Assembly: GCA_021613535.1 (NCBI GenBank)
Contig: CP075493.1
Span: forward strand, 11,904,001-11,968,000
DNA length: 64,000 bases
Origin: Adineta vaga
Taxonomy: Eukaryota > Animalia > Rotifera
Direction of reading: 5' to 3'
A model generated the notes under the pieces. That model saw only the letters and a program-made list of their open reading frames with translations, made no database searches and was not told the DNA's origin. A program made the translations under genes and the position numbers. Shown in pieces: positions 38,521 through 49,211 of this stretch (its first letter is position 1; every line of letters begins with the position of its first letter).

Positions 38521-38827
38521 TGATGAAATTTGTTTAGTCTATTTTCTTTTCATGGACAATATAGTTGTACGTGCATATTCGTCATGCATCAATAAACATG
38601 GATATAGATTATCGATTGGACGATACATTGTGTATTTCGAATTCAGATTCATCTTCTTTTTTTTTATAATACTTGTAGTTCTCAAAATATCTATTCTATT
38701 CGAGAAGTTTTGAAAAAATTCAAATACAGCAGACTTTATTTGGTGACATCTTTCGAACCTATACAATTTACGATGAAGGCGTTGATATGATAGTTATTAA
38801 CTTATAATGGCGGACGACAATAAGAAC

Positions 38828-39450
38828 ATGTCACAATCAAAAAACGAAATTCGTTGTTCTTCCCCATGAAATTATCTATTCCATTTTTGATTACTTAATT
38901 GTAATCGAAAAGATTTAGAAGTGATTTGTCAAAGAATTCAAATACTTCAAATTCATCGATATCATATGCATCTTTTTTATGATTATTAGTTTCCTCAACT
39001 TCATTCACTTTATCTTATTAGCATATCTAAATTTGAAAACACTCAATCTTTGATTTGATGATACATACATTTCATCGTTCAAACAAACTACAGAAGATTT
39101 TCCATTCAGTTAAATTGAAAGCAACTGATTTGATACCTTATAACCAAACGTCTTCTACAGTTGACAAGATTATCGAAGTTATGAAAATGATGGTACTTCT
39201 TATAAAAGAATGATTCAGAATGTGTAAACGTATTTTTTTTATCTTGAAAATTTACAAATTATTTGATCTGTATATAAAAGCCATGTTGCGTAGTTTTTAA
39301 CGACTGCGACGCATTTCCAGCGTAATCGAAAATGTGGATAACATTTAATCAGTTAGAAATTAGTAACTTTGATGATCATCAATGTCAACAAATGGCAAGG
39401 GATCACAAAGAGAATATACAATTGAATATCGATTTTATCGTAGAGAGAAG
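38828..39450 (+). pseudogene. F-box/LRR pseudogene relic
   Basis: Fragments KFVVLPHEIIYSIFDYL, DLEVICQRIQ and FPQLHSLYLI occur in shifting frames with stops. They parallel the intact gene at 33135-34907. Confidence 0.5.
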
Positions 39451-39720
39451 ACTATCTTAATATTTCTTTCCAAACAGATTGTTGTTATGAATAGTTCCAA
39501 AGAGATAGGTTGAAAAGATTATTTCGAAGAATAAAGTCAAAATTTCTATCAATTCGTTGGCTATAGTTTGAATTTCTAGATGTTAAACCATATTTTGCAT
39601 TTACTTTATATTTTATTTCCTTTGAGTTAACGTTTACTCAAGAACGTGGACAAAATTCGTTTGTTTACATGTTGATCAAGAAAATTAGCAAAGGAAACAA
39701 TTATGTTCATTTGAATCAAT

Positions 39721-40130
39721 TTATTGCGTTGTTACTGTATTGAGATTTGATTGTCGTCTCTGATGATAGTTGTTGTGCACCTGATCAATAGTGTTTTTTT
39801 CCATCAAATCAAATGGAACATCAGGCATTCGTTGTTCTTTTATGATTGCTTCTTCCCATTCCGAACAAATCAGATTGTTTTCTTGTTTTTCTTCCAGATG
39901 TATTTTGCTTTTGTTGACATCAGTGCAATGGTGATAATGTCCAATAATTGGAATACGAATAAAATTAGCAACAAACTGGCGCGTATAACACTGCATAATT
40001 ATGTATTTTTAGTTTCCTTTCTCTCTCGATATATATATATGCAGACGACGATAGTAACATACAAGATGATATACCTCGTTTTTGTATGAGTAATGTTTCT
40101 TCTTATTTTATTTTTGGGCGGTGATGTTGA
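39721..40130 (-). CDS. Small uncharacterised two-exon gene or fragment
   Basis: The terminal exon RQFVANFIRIPIIGHYHHC..CSEWEEAIIKEQRMPDVPFDLMEKNTI..* is preceded by an AG acceptor (~39991) and a GT donor (~40074). The 5' end is unresolved. Confidence 0.35.
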
Positions 40131-41561
40131 ATATCAATGGATGATTCAACGTTGAAAGTAATTTAATCTCAAAATAAATACGTTTTTTATCTTTGTTATT
40201 TATACGCCCATTTAAAATAATAAATGACGAATGATTTAGTTGAATAAAACAAAAAGTGCTTGCTCACTGATTTTGTTCATTTCGTACATGTCAACTATAT
40301 ATTCTATTCCAATATCACTCTCGGGAATTCTGCTTACTTAGAGAGAAAGAGAGAGAGTTGGAACTGTTTTGATTCTTTGGTTTTTCAAGAATGAATCATT
40401 TTGTTCTAAAGTATAAAATTCAAGGAATATGCTTTATTACAGTATATTTTGATGTATCTCAGCAAGCTGAGTAAAATGGATTTTGAACCATCAAAGGACG
40501 TAACTTACTACGATTTTGTTAATTAGTAATAAAATAAAATTGTTGTCCATTATACCGATTGTATTCCGTCAACAATTTATTTTCAGCAGACATTCAAAGA
40601 AGAATTGTTTGATAGTCAACAAGTGATACATCGATTGTTTTGCATCGTAGATTAAAGCGAAATTGTGAAGCAGTTGTACGAATCAAAACTTCTGCTAATT
40701 AATTTCGTGGATATACATAGGTGTTTCATTCAAAATAAATTCTGATCCGCCGATTACCATTGATATATTAACATCGGTTGTTTTCGATGCACCTAAATTT
40801 GATACTGTATGATGACCATGGATCCACATTTAGAAGCATAAGAATCATTTAATAATAGCCTCTGTTAATACTTCCATGTTTGGTGATGTGTCGGAGACAA
40901 TAAATTACCCATTCTTTATCCCATTACATCGATACGGTTGGTTTGTATACTCACTCTCATTCCCAATAATCAAGACAAGGAAAATGGACATCGTGCTCTA
41001 CATACTATTTGCTAGTCACTCTGCAAGTGCATAAAAATGATTAGTTATATAATATTTCAGAGGATACGAAGTATAGATCTCATCGTTACTTTAATAAATT
41101 TTATACAAAAGAAAAACTAGTCGGAATCTTTTAGATATATGATAAAAACTGTAAATATATAGTTGATTAATGATGAAATAGTAAGAGTCCAAGTAGCGAA
41201 TATCGAAAATGCTGAACTAGTCTTAGGACAAAATCCTGGTCCATACGCTTAAGAACGACGTTGAACAGCAAATAAATATCATAGCAACACTGACACTGGC
41301 AAAAATATTTATAACTAAATGATATGCATGACAAACATAAAAGTTTGTTTGTCCTCGACATTATAAAAATAAATTACTCATGTGTCGATTTCATATATAT
41401 ATATGAATTGCATGAGTAAACAATAATATGTTCTATTTATTTATGCTTCATATAAAAAATATATATATATCATAAATAAAGATCAGATGTTTGTTATTGT
41501 ATACAGAATAATATTTAGTTGTTTTCAGAGCTGTCAACAACTTTCATCATCTTTCGACAAC

Positions 41562-41570
41562 TATATAAAT
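41562..41570 (+). promoter_or_regulatory. Candidate TATA box for the small Cys-rich gene
   Basis: tatataaat lies ~100 nt upstream of ATG 41666. The signal is weak given the AT-richness. Confidence 0.3.
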
Positions 41571-41665
41571 GTGGCTACATGCGTATACATACTATCATTA
41601 GTTGACAAATTAATAATATTCGTACGTGTCCAGTGATCTATTATATTCAACCAGTTAATATCAAA

Positions 41666-41851
41666 ATGAGCATGTATCTTCCATGTAATCCTATGCTGTA
41701 CGGATGTCCCTGCGAAACTGCTACAATGATATCAGTTACTGACATTGGATCACGTCTTTTTAGTTTTCAAAATGATCCAATACCATGTAGTGGCTTCGGG
41801 GCACAATGTATTCGATATTGCAGAATTCCAGATCCGTGCTGTTGTAGGTAG
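41666..41851 (+). CDS. Small Cys-rich peptide (61 aa, 9 Cys, ends PCCCR)
   Basis: aaaATG context; MSMYLPCNPMLYGCPCE..PIPCSGFGAQCIRYCRIPDPCCCR*. Locally higher GC; AATAAA ~55 nt after the stop. Confidence 0.5.
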   Translation: MSMYLPCNPMLYGCPCETATMISVTDIGSRLFSFQNDPIPCSGFGAQCIRYCRIPDPCCCR

Positions 41852-42775
41852 TCATATTTTTCTTTGTTGTATTTTAAACAATATGATGAAATAATTAGAC
41901 ATAATAAATAAATAAAATATAGGACTAGTATTATTTGCGTTCAGCTTTTAACACTCTAAAGCTTATATTATACGTGTCTCCCAACATAAATATTTCGAAG
42001 AGCTCGAATATCTTTGGTGTAACTGTGATAGATGTTTCATCACGCATGAGTGTCACCGATGTCATTACGCCATAACCACGAGTTCTCCAACCAGAAATTT
42101 CAACAACATTGAGACCAACACTACAAAGATTGACGAAATACGATGTTGCCCAAGAGTAATCAAAGACAAAAACATCATTACCATCAATTGAATATACTGA
42201 TCCTCACCAAAATATTCTATGAACAAGAATCAATTATTTTTCTGTTCGTTCATATATATCATATAATGCATCCAAATATTAGCTCGCCTTTGATTTCTAA
42301 AGGCAATTATATCGTTTGTCTAGTCTTTGTTATTAGAATTGTAGAAGATACAAAATTGATTTTCCTTTTATATTACTAACTGAGATCTGATTGAAATCAT
42401 AATCAAAATTCGTGTGATCAGAGTAGATCTTATCTAAAATTGACCTGTATCATTTTCGATATAGAGAATTATTTTAAACAGTTTCATAACGTTTTTCTAC
42501 ATGATCTACTATCTACCTGATTCTATTTATAGCCATAGGAAAAGAAATCTACACTGTAATTGATGCTGTCATAGGACAAACAGATAAAATGTCCTCGTGT
42601 TTTGAAAAACTTCGTGTACTCGAGTCATTGTGAGATGACAGAATAGAACAAAAAGTAAAAGTATCAACAAAACATCGCCGATTATATTTTGCTATGTTAA
42701 TATGACGGAAGCATAAACATATAATTTTATATAAATAATAGTAGATTCATTAAGATTTTCATTCATTGTACAAAA

Positions 42776-44275
42776 ATGTATTTTGCACTCATTTGCATAT
42801 TGCTTATTCTTCCAATTCTTTATAAGATTCTAAAAGGCAAACCAAATCTTCCACCTAGTCCACCAGTTTATTCTCTACCAATTTTCGGTCATTTATTAGC
42901 ACTTGGTAAACATCCACAAGAAACATTATTACAATGGTGTCAAACTCGTCAAAGTGATATAATTCATTGTTATTTTGGACAAAAATTAGTGATCGTTTTA
43001 AATAATTATTCTCTTATTAAACAAGCATTTCTTGATGATAATTATTCAGCACGTGCTCAACCATTTATTTTCGAAGAACATTTTCATGGTAAAGGTTTAA
43101 CCTATGCTGACGGTGAACGATGGTTAATTCATCGAAAATTTGCGATGGATACATTGAAAAAATTTGGAATGGGAAAATATTTTCTTCAAGATACGATTCT
43201 TGATGAATTAAAAGATATTTTTCATTATATTGATCAACATGAAGACAAACCAGTGAATATAAAAGGTTTATTAACACATGGTTTATCAAATATTATTTGC
43301 GGTTTTGCATTTGGACAACGTTTTTCACATGATAATCAAGAATTTCGATATATTGTTAGTTTAATTGAAGAATGTTTTACACTTGGTTCACATGATTCAT
43401 GGATTACTGTTTTTCCTCTCCTTCGTTTTATTCCAATAAAATCTCTACGAGGAAATTATAAAAACTTTTCCAAAAATTTCAAACTTATTTTTCAATTTGC
43501 ACAAAAACTTGTTCGCGATCATGATGAAAATAGTGATGAAACACGAGATTATATTGATGAATATTTAAAACAAGCAAATCTTGATAAAAAATTAAATAAA
43601 ACCAATTCAACATTTGATATGGATCAATTAATAACATCAATTACAAATTTATTCATCGGTGGAACGGAAACAACATCCACAACATTACGTTGGGCATTTA
43701 TTTATATGATTGAAAATCCTCAGATATTAAAAAAAGTTCGAGACGAATTAGATCATTATATGGCAGAGAATAATAACAATAGAAGTCCATTTATACAAAT
43801 GGAAGATAAAGAATATTTACCATATACAATAGCAACAATATTTGAAATTCAACGTTGTGGTAATATTGCAACATTAGGTGGAAGTACAATGCATAGAAAT
43901 TTACAAGCAACAACATTAAATGGATATGATATACCGAAAAATTCTTATATAGCAGCAAATTTCTATGCTTGTCATGTTGATGAACGATATTTTCCGCAAT
44001 CGGATCGTTTTGATCCAACTCGTTTCTTAACAGACGATCATCAAGTAGTTCAACGTCCTCAAGGATTTATTCCATTTTCAATTGGAAAAAAATCATGTCC
44101 TGGTGAATCATTAGCAAATATGGAACTGTTTCTTTTCTTTAGTAATTTTATTCGACATTATGATTTTTATGTTGTAGATAAAGACAAACAGATTAATTCA
44201 AGAAAATTCTATCATACTAGTTTAACACGTGCGCCGTTTGATTATCAAATCTCGTTCGTTAAACGATTGTTATGA
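42776..44275 (+). CDS. Cytochrome P450, clan 2, intronless, 499 aa
   Basis: TM anchor and Pro hinge (LPPSP..LPIFGHL), WxxxR, I-helix GGTETTSTTLRW, EIQR (ExxR), FDPTRF and heme motif FSIGKKSCPGESLA. AATAAA just downstream. Confidence 0.95.
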   Translation: MYFALICILLILPILYKILKGKPNLPPSPPVYSLPIFGHLLALGKHPQETLLQWCQTRQSDIIHCYFGQKLVIVLNNYSLIKQAFLDDNYSARAQPFIFEEHFHGKGLTYADGERWLIHRKFAMDTLKKFGMGKYFLQDTILDELKDIFHYIDQHEDKPVNIKGLLTHGLSNIICGFAFGQRFSHDNQEFRYIVSLIEECFTLGSHDSWITVFPLLRFIPIKSLRGNYKNFSKNFKLIFQFAQKLVRDHDENSDETRDYIDEYLKQANLDKKLNKTNSTFDMDQLITSITNLFIGGTETTSTTLRWAFIYMIENPQILKKVRDELDHYMAENNNNRSPFIQMEDKEYLPYTIATIFEIQRCGNIATLGGSTMHRNLQATTLNGYDIPKNSYIAANFYACHVDERYFPQSDRFDPTRFLTDDHQVVQRPQGFIPFSIGKKSCPGESLANMELFLFFSNFIRHYDFYVVDKDKQINSRKFYHTSLTRAPFDYQISFVKRLL

Positions 44276-45062
44276 TCTGATTCGAATAAAATGTTTCTCT
44301 TGTTATAAATTGCTTATTATTCATTGTTATGTAGTTTTTAATTAGTTTGTTATAATAATAAAAGAACAAGTTTTCATATTTTGTATATCGATCATCTGAA
44401 AAGTATAAAAAGGAAAAATAACACAAATGATTCAATATTTGAATGCCATAATAAAGAATTGTTCTATTTTTGAAGGTGTAAGTGTAAGCATAGTGAAAAA
44501 TCGAAGTAGTTATGTCTATATTTTTGCTGCTGGCACTTATATCAAGTCATAACACTTTTTGAATTGCTTCAACATATTATTCGATATTTTAAACGATTCG
44601 TACGAATATGTTATGGTTGAAGTTATAGAATTCTAATTTCAACTAGACCAAATTGAAATAAGTTTTCAATGATACATAATTTATATTTGTCATTCGTCTG
44701 TTCATCGTAGCTATTTGTAGAAGATATGTATATAGGTATTGTCACTATAGAGGAACCGTGAAAAATAATAATGGCATTGAATTCAACAGGTAATTGTTGA
44801 AGTTAATAATAATGAGAAAGTATTTTACGAGAAATTAAATAAATATATCGATTCAATATACAAAAATGATCGAAAAAACATATGTTATGTAGATTTTCTA
44901 AGATGTGAACATTTTTTACTAGGTCATTTATATATTTGAGAGTAAACATCATTTAGTTACGAACAATGATCATGTATTATATAAATAGATGCTTCTTAAA
45001 CAGACGATACAGAATAGTTCTTGAGATTGTAGGAGGTATTGATGCGTAGATCGAAGCTCACA

Positions 45063-47395
45063 TCAATTATTTCTTGCTAAACGTTTATTCCGTTCAAGAA
45101 GTTCATCGAAGTCAATCGCTATTTTGTCACTGACCTCACTATCATCGATATATAATTCAGTAAGTGTCTAAATGAAAATATATTAATAAACATATGAAGT
45201 AGATACAGGAAGAATGATGAATACCGTATTATTTCGTAGCGCATCAGCCAGATATTTTACTCCTCTACCTTGGATTTGATTTTCTTGAAGGTCTAGCGTA
45301 TGAAGTGTCTGAATAGAAAAAGTACATTTATGAGATAGACGAAGAACGAGTGAAGATTACTTTGTTTTCTTGTATCATATCAGCCAAATAACGTGCTCCA
45401 ACATGTCCAATATGATTATCCTGAATACATAATGTAGAGAGTGTCTACATGAAATCAACGAAGATAGTCGTATATGATCGATAAAAGAGAAATTAGTGAG
45501 ATTATACTGTATTAACTTGCAATACATAAGCTAAATATTGTATTCCATCATCATAAATTTGATTACTTCGAAGAAATAATGTACTGAGTGTCTGAATAGA
45601 ACAGTATATATATTTATGTTAAATAGATAAAAATATAAAGAAGATTACTGTATTATTTATAAGTGCGTCAGCTAAATATTGTGCTCCACTAGCTCCGATA
45701 TGACTATTTCCGAGATTTAATGTAGTGAGTGTCTGCATAAAAACAGAAAGAATAGATGTCTATGTGAAATAGGTGTATAGAGAATAAAAACTACCCTGTT
45801 ATTTTCCAATACATCAACTATAAATCGTATTCCGACAATATTAATTGGATTATGCTCAAGATTTAATATAGAAAGTTTCTAATTTATTGAAATACACTTT
45901 TACATGAGTAATGTAGATAATTAGAAAATGTTGATTACCGTATTTTTTTGTAATGCACGAGTCATATGTCGCATTCCTTCATCACCGATACTATTTTTGC
46001 TTAGATTTAATGAAACCAATGTCTATAAGCAAAAAAGAAATGAATGAATGTATGAGATTGATAAAGAGATAATGAACACAACCATATTATCGAGCAATGC
46101 AGTAGCAAGATGTTCTGCTCCAACCGTTTGAATATTATTGGAGCCAATATTTAATGTAGTAAGTTTCTGATAAGAAAACAAATTCGAATTTATATACATG
46201 AAGTAGATAGATGAAAAATGAATGGATATTACCGTATTCTTTCGTAATACATTAGATAGATATGCTGCTCCGATATGTTGCATATCATTGTATTCAAGAT
46301 TTAATGTGGTAAGTTTCTGAGTGGCAAAATACAAATAAATGTATAATATAGAAGAAAAAAATCGAGCATGAAAATTACTTCATTGCATTTTAATGCATCA
46401 GCCAAACCTTGTACTCCACTAGGTCCGATATTATTTTTGCTAAGATCTAATGTGACCAGTGTCTAAGTACAAATATACGTATAAATGTATTCGATAGGTA
46501 AGGGGGAATATTGGATGGTACTTTATTATATCGTAATGCATTTGCGATATATTTTGCTCCAGAATCGCCGATTTGATTACAACTAAGATTTACTGTGATG
46601 AGTCCCTAGATAAAAAAATGCAGATGATTGCATGATATTAGTAAAAAGAAGATAAAGTATGTACTGTATTATTTCGTAATGTATCAGCCAGATGTTTTGC
46701 TCCGGATTTTTCAATCTTACTACTATCAAGAGCTAATTTAGTGAGTGTCTGGATGAAAAGTGAAGAAATCCGTTTAATATAAACAAAGAGAAAATAAAAA
46801 TTAGGTACTGTGTTATTTTGTAAAGCATTAGCCAGACTTTCTATCCCTGTATCATCGATTTTAGTGCAGCTAAGAATTATTGTAACGAGTGTCTAAATAA
46901 CAACACACATATTATGGTTAACTGATATATGACGATTACCTTGTTATTTCTTAATGCATGAGCCAAACACTTTGCGCCTTCATTACTGATGACGCTGTGG
47001 CTAAGGTCCATTGTAGTAAGTATCTAGATGAAGAAACGTGTTGATGAATGTATGAGATACGTAAATAAATAATGAATATATTGTTAATACCTTATTTTCT
47101 CGTAACGCATTAGCTAGATATTTGATTTCTTTGACATCTGCATTAGATAGATCATAGTTTAGTGTAGTAAATTTCTGATAGACAAAAAAATATAATGAAA
47201 GATTCAAGGTAAAACAAAACCCACACCGTCAAGACTATTTACCTGATATGGTCGATATAAATCTATTATACTATTAAACCGTTGACATACATTTCGCATT
47301 GAACAAACAACAGTTATAATATGTTGTTGATCTAATATTCGGTAGACAAGTTCGACTGGTAATGTAAGAAAAGAAATGTTGGTTGTATTCGACAT
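45063..47395 (-). CDS. F-box + RNI/NLRC3-type LRR protein, 16 exons, ~477 aa
   Basis: Exon 1 (47395-47243) is the F-box FLTLPVELVYRILD..MRNVCQRF. Fourteen 84-nt exons follow: 47174-47091, 47023-46940, 46892-46809, 46748-46665, 46605-46522, 46462-46379, 46316-46233, 46166-46083, 46022-45939, 45878-45795, 45732-45649, 45591-45508, 45444-45361, 45308-45225. Each encodes one 28-aa TLxxLxLxxNxIxxxGxxxLAxALxxNx repeat. Last exon 45167-45063. All introns are GT-AG and phase 0, with no internal stops. Confidence 0.92.
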
Positions 47396-47648
47396 TGATG
47401 AAATTCGTTAATACATGTGAAATGTTCTCTTATACATTGTTTTTATCGATCGTAAACATGAGTCAAAAAGCTAACAATATGAAGAAGGAAAAAAATATGA
47501 ATAGAAGGGAAAAAGCAGAAGACAAAACATTACACAATCAATACCGTTTGCATTTATTCTATTCATAAACATCAGCGGTGTAAAGATTTCACAATTCGTT
47601 TTTTTCTTGAATATCCTTGATGGATATGTATTATTAAAGAGTAACTCA

Positions 47649-47879
47649 TCAAACTATGTTGACAGGGTGCTGTTCTTGTTGTGACCAGACTAGTAGTCGT
47701 GGTTTCGGACTTTTTTTGGGGGTAAAAACAGTAGATTTTAATATTAGCGAAAGGGTTACTACGAATATTATTAAAACAGCTAGAGATATACAAATGATTT
47801 TAGTTCGACGCTGTTGCCATAACTGGCAGATTTTCATGCTTTTAAGAGCACTCTCGCCGAATATAGAATCAGGCTGCAT
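47649..47879 (-). pseudogene. Orphan first exon of a type II membrane protein (TM + Thr-rich stem)
   Basis: RRTKIICISLAVLIIFVVTLSLILK TM. A frameshift near the C4A7 run leads into SETTTTSLVTTRT. No downstream ectodomain exons are visible. Confidence 0.35.
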
Positions 47880-48374
47880 TTCATGAATAAAAGAAAACTA
47901 CATGTTCTCTCATAGAAGAATACAGTATAGTGTAGATACGAGTATAATATTGCAAAAATATTCTTTTGAATAGTTTTACACTAAGCAATGAGAGCAAAAT
48001 GAATATACAACATATCATACCCACGGAGAAGTTTTTTCAATAAATACCGCGGTTATTAACGGTTTTTGAAAAAATATAATTCATCATATTGATGGTATAT
48101 TATTTCTGACATCTATCTGGTAAACTTTCACTTTTCTATGTTTGTAACCTATCCAATATCATAAGATGATACTTTAACACTTCAGTCAATTCATTAAATA
48201 CCACTATCTATTTTTTATTTATTTTCTTCTGATTAGATTCCAACTTCTTATCGAGTGATTGCAATCCACTAATTCCATTTAACCGTCCGGTGATGTTCAT
48301 ACTAATATCAGATATGATAGTCCAATCTAATCAGTGATAAAAAATCTTCTCATTTAAACTGATATGTTTCGTTT

Positions 48375-48413
48375 ATTATTAGGAATTATAAGAATCTTAT
48401 AATTCCTAATAAT
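48375..48413. repeat. Perfect 19-bp inverted repeat with 1-nt spacer
   Basis: attattaggaattataaga-a-tcttataattcctaataat. Confidence 0.9.
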
Positions 48414-48834
48414 TTATATCTCCTTTATAATTTTATTAAATTTTCTGAGATATTCATGTTGATGATGTGCTATACGGGATATATATATATAAAATCGTAT
48501 TTATCACTCATAGTCATGATAATTAAACTATAAACACAATCTATTCGAATAAAATCATTTCTGGAGACAAATATACATTCATGAGTATCTTTAGTTGATG
48601 AACTGCGTTATCATGTGTTACGACAAAGTCTAACCATTTTAAATATTATTACAGTTCTGCCTATATGTAGGTTTGTACGTCAGAACGCATGAGAATACTA
48701 CTCGATAGACTTATCTTGATTCCATCAGTCGAAAAAACAGATTTGTGTCTATTTTTATCTCCGAACTTTTACTATCTCATGAACATATTGTCACAAATGA
48801 TCATCTCAACGAAATCTGACTATAATACCCAGAC

Positions 48835-49029
48835 CAACGTTCTTCTATTGGTTTTTTCCAACAAAACGTATATTTACCGTGTTAAAAAATACAGTTTTGT
48901 ACCCGTATAAACGTTGTTTTTTCTTCCCGACAGAAAATAGGCAATAACAACGTTTGTACGCGCACAAAAGTTTATTTTATAACGTAGTTAATAAAGGTTT
49001 TGTTGGAAACAACCAACATAAGAACGTTG
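48835..49029. mobile_element. Foldback/MITE-like element with ~90-bp imperfect inverted arms
   Basis: The left arm caacgttcttctattggttttttccaacaaaac..gtataaacgttgtt matches the reverse complement of the right arm (caacgttcttatgttggttgtttccaacaaaac..gtacaaacgttgtt). Spacer ~18 nt. Confidence 0.65.
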
Positions 49030-49211
49030 TTTTTTTCTCGCGAATCGCGTTTTTTTATCGATTTTGTCTGCCTGAGTATCTTTTTTTAAATTTAACTGTG
49101 ATTATATGAATGGAAATTGTTGTGATATATCATTATGACAAAACCGCGTCCTTCAGCGGTAGCGACTTAAATATATTCCCGTGGGTAGAAGGCAAAAGAA
49201 ATAACTGATAT

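Noticed and set aside
45063-47174. CRISPR-like array or satellite suggested by the ~145-bp periodicity
   Set aside because: The periodicity is fully explained by 84-nt LRR exons plus short introns; there is no invariant repeat.
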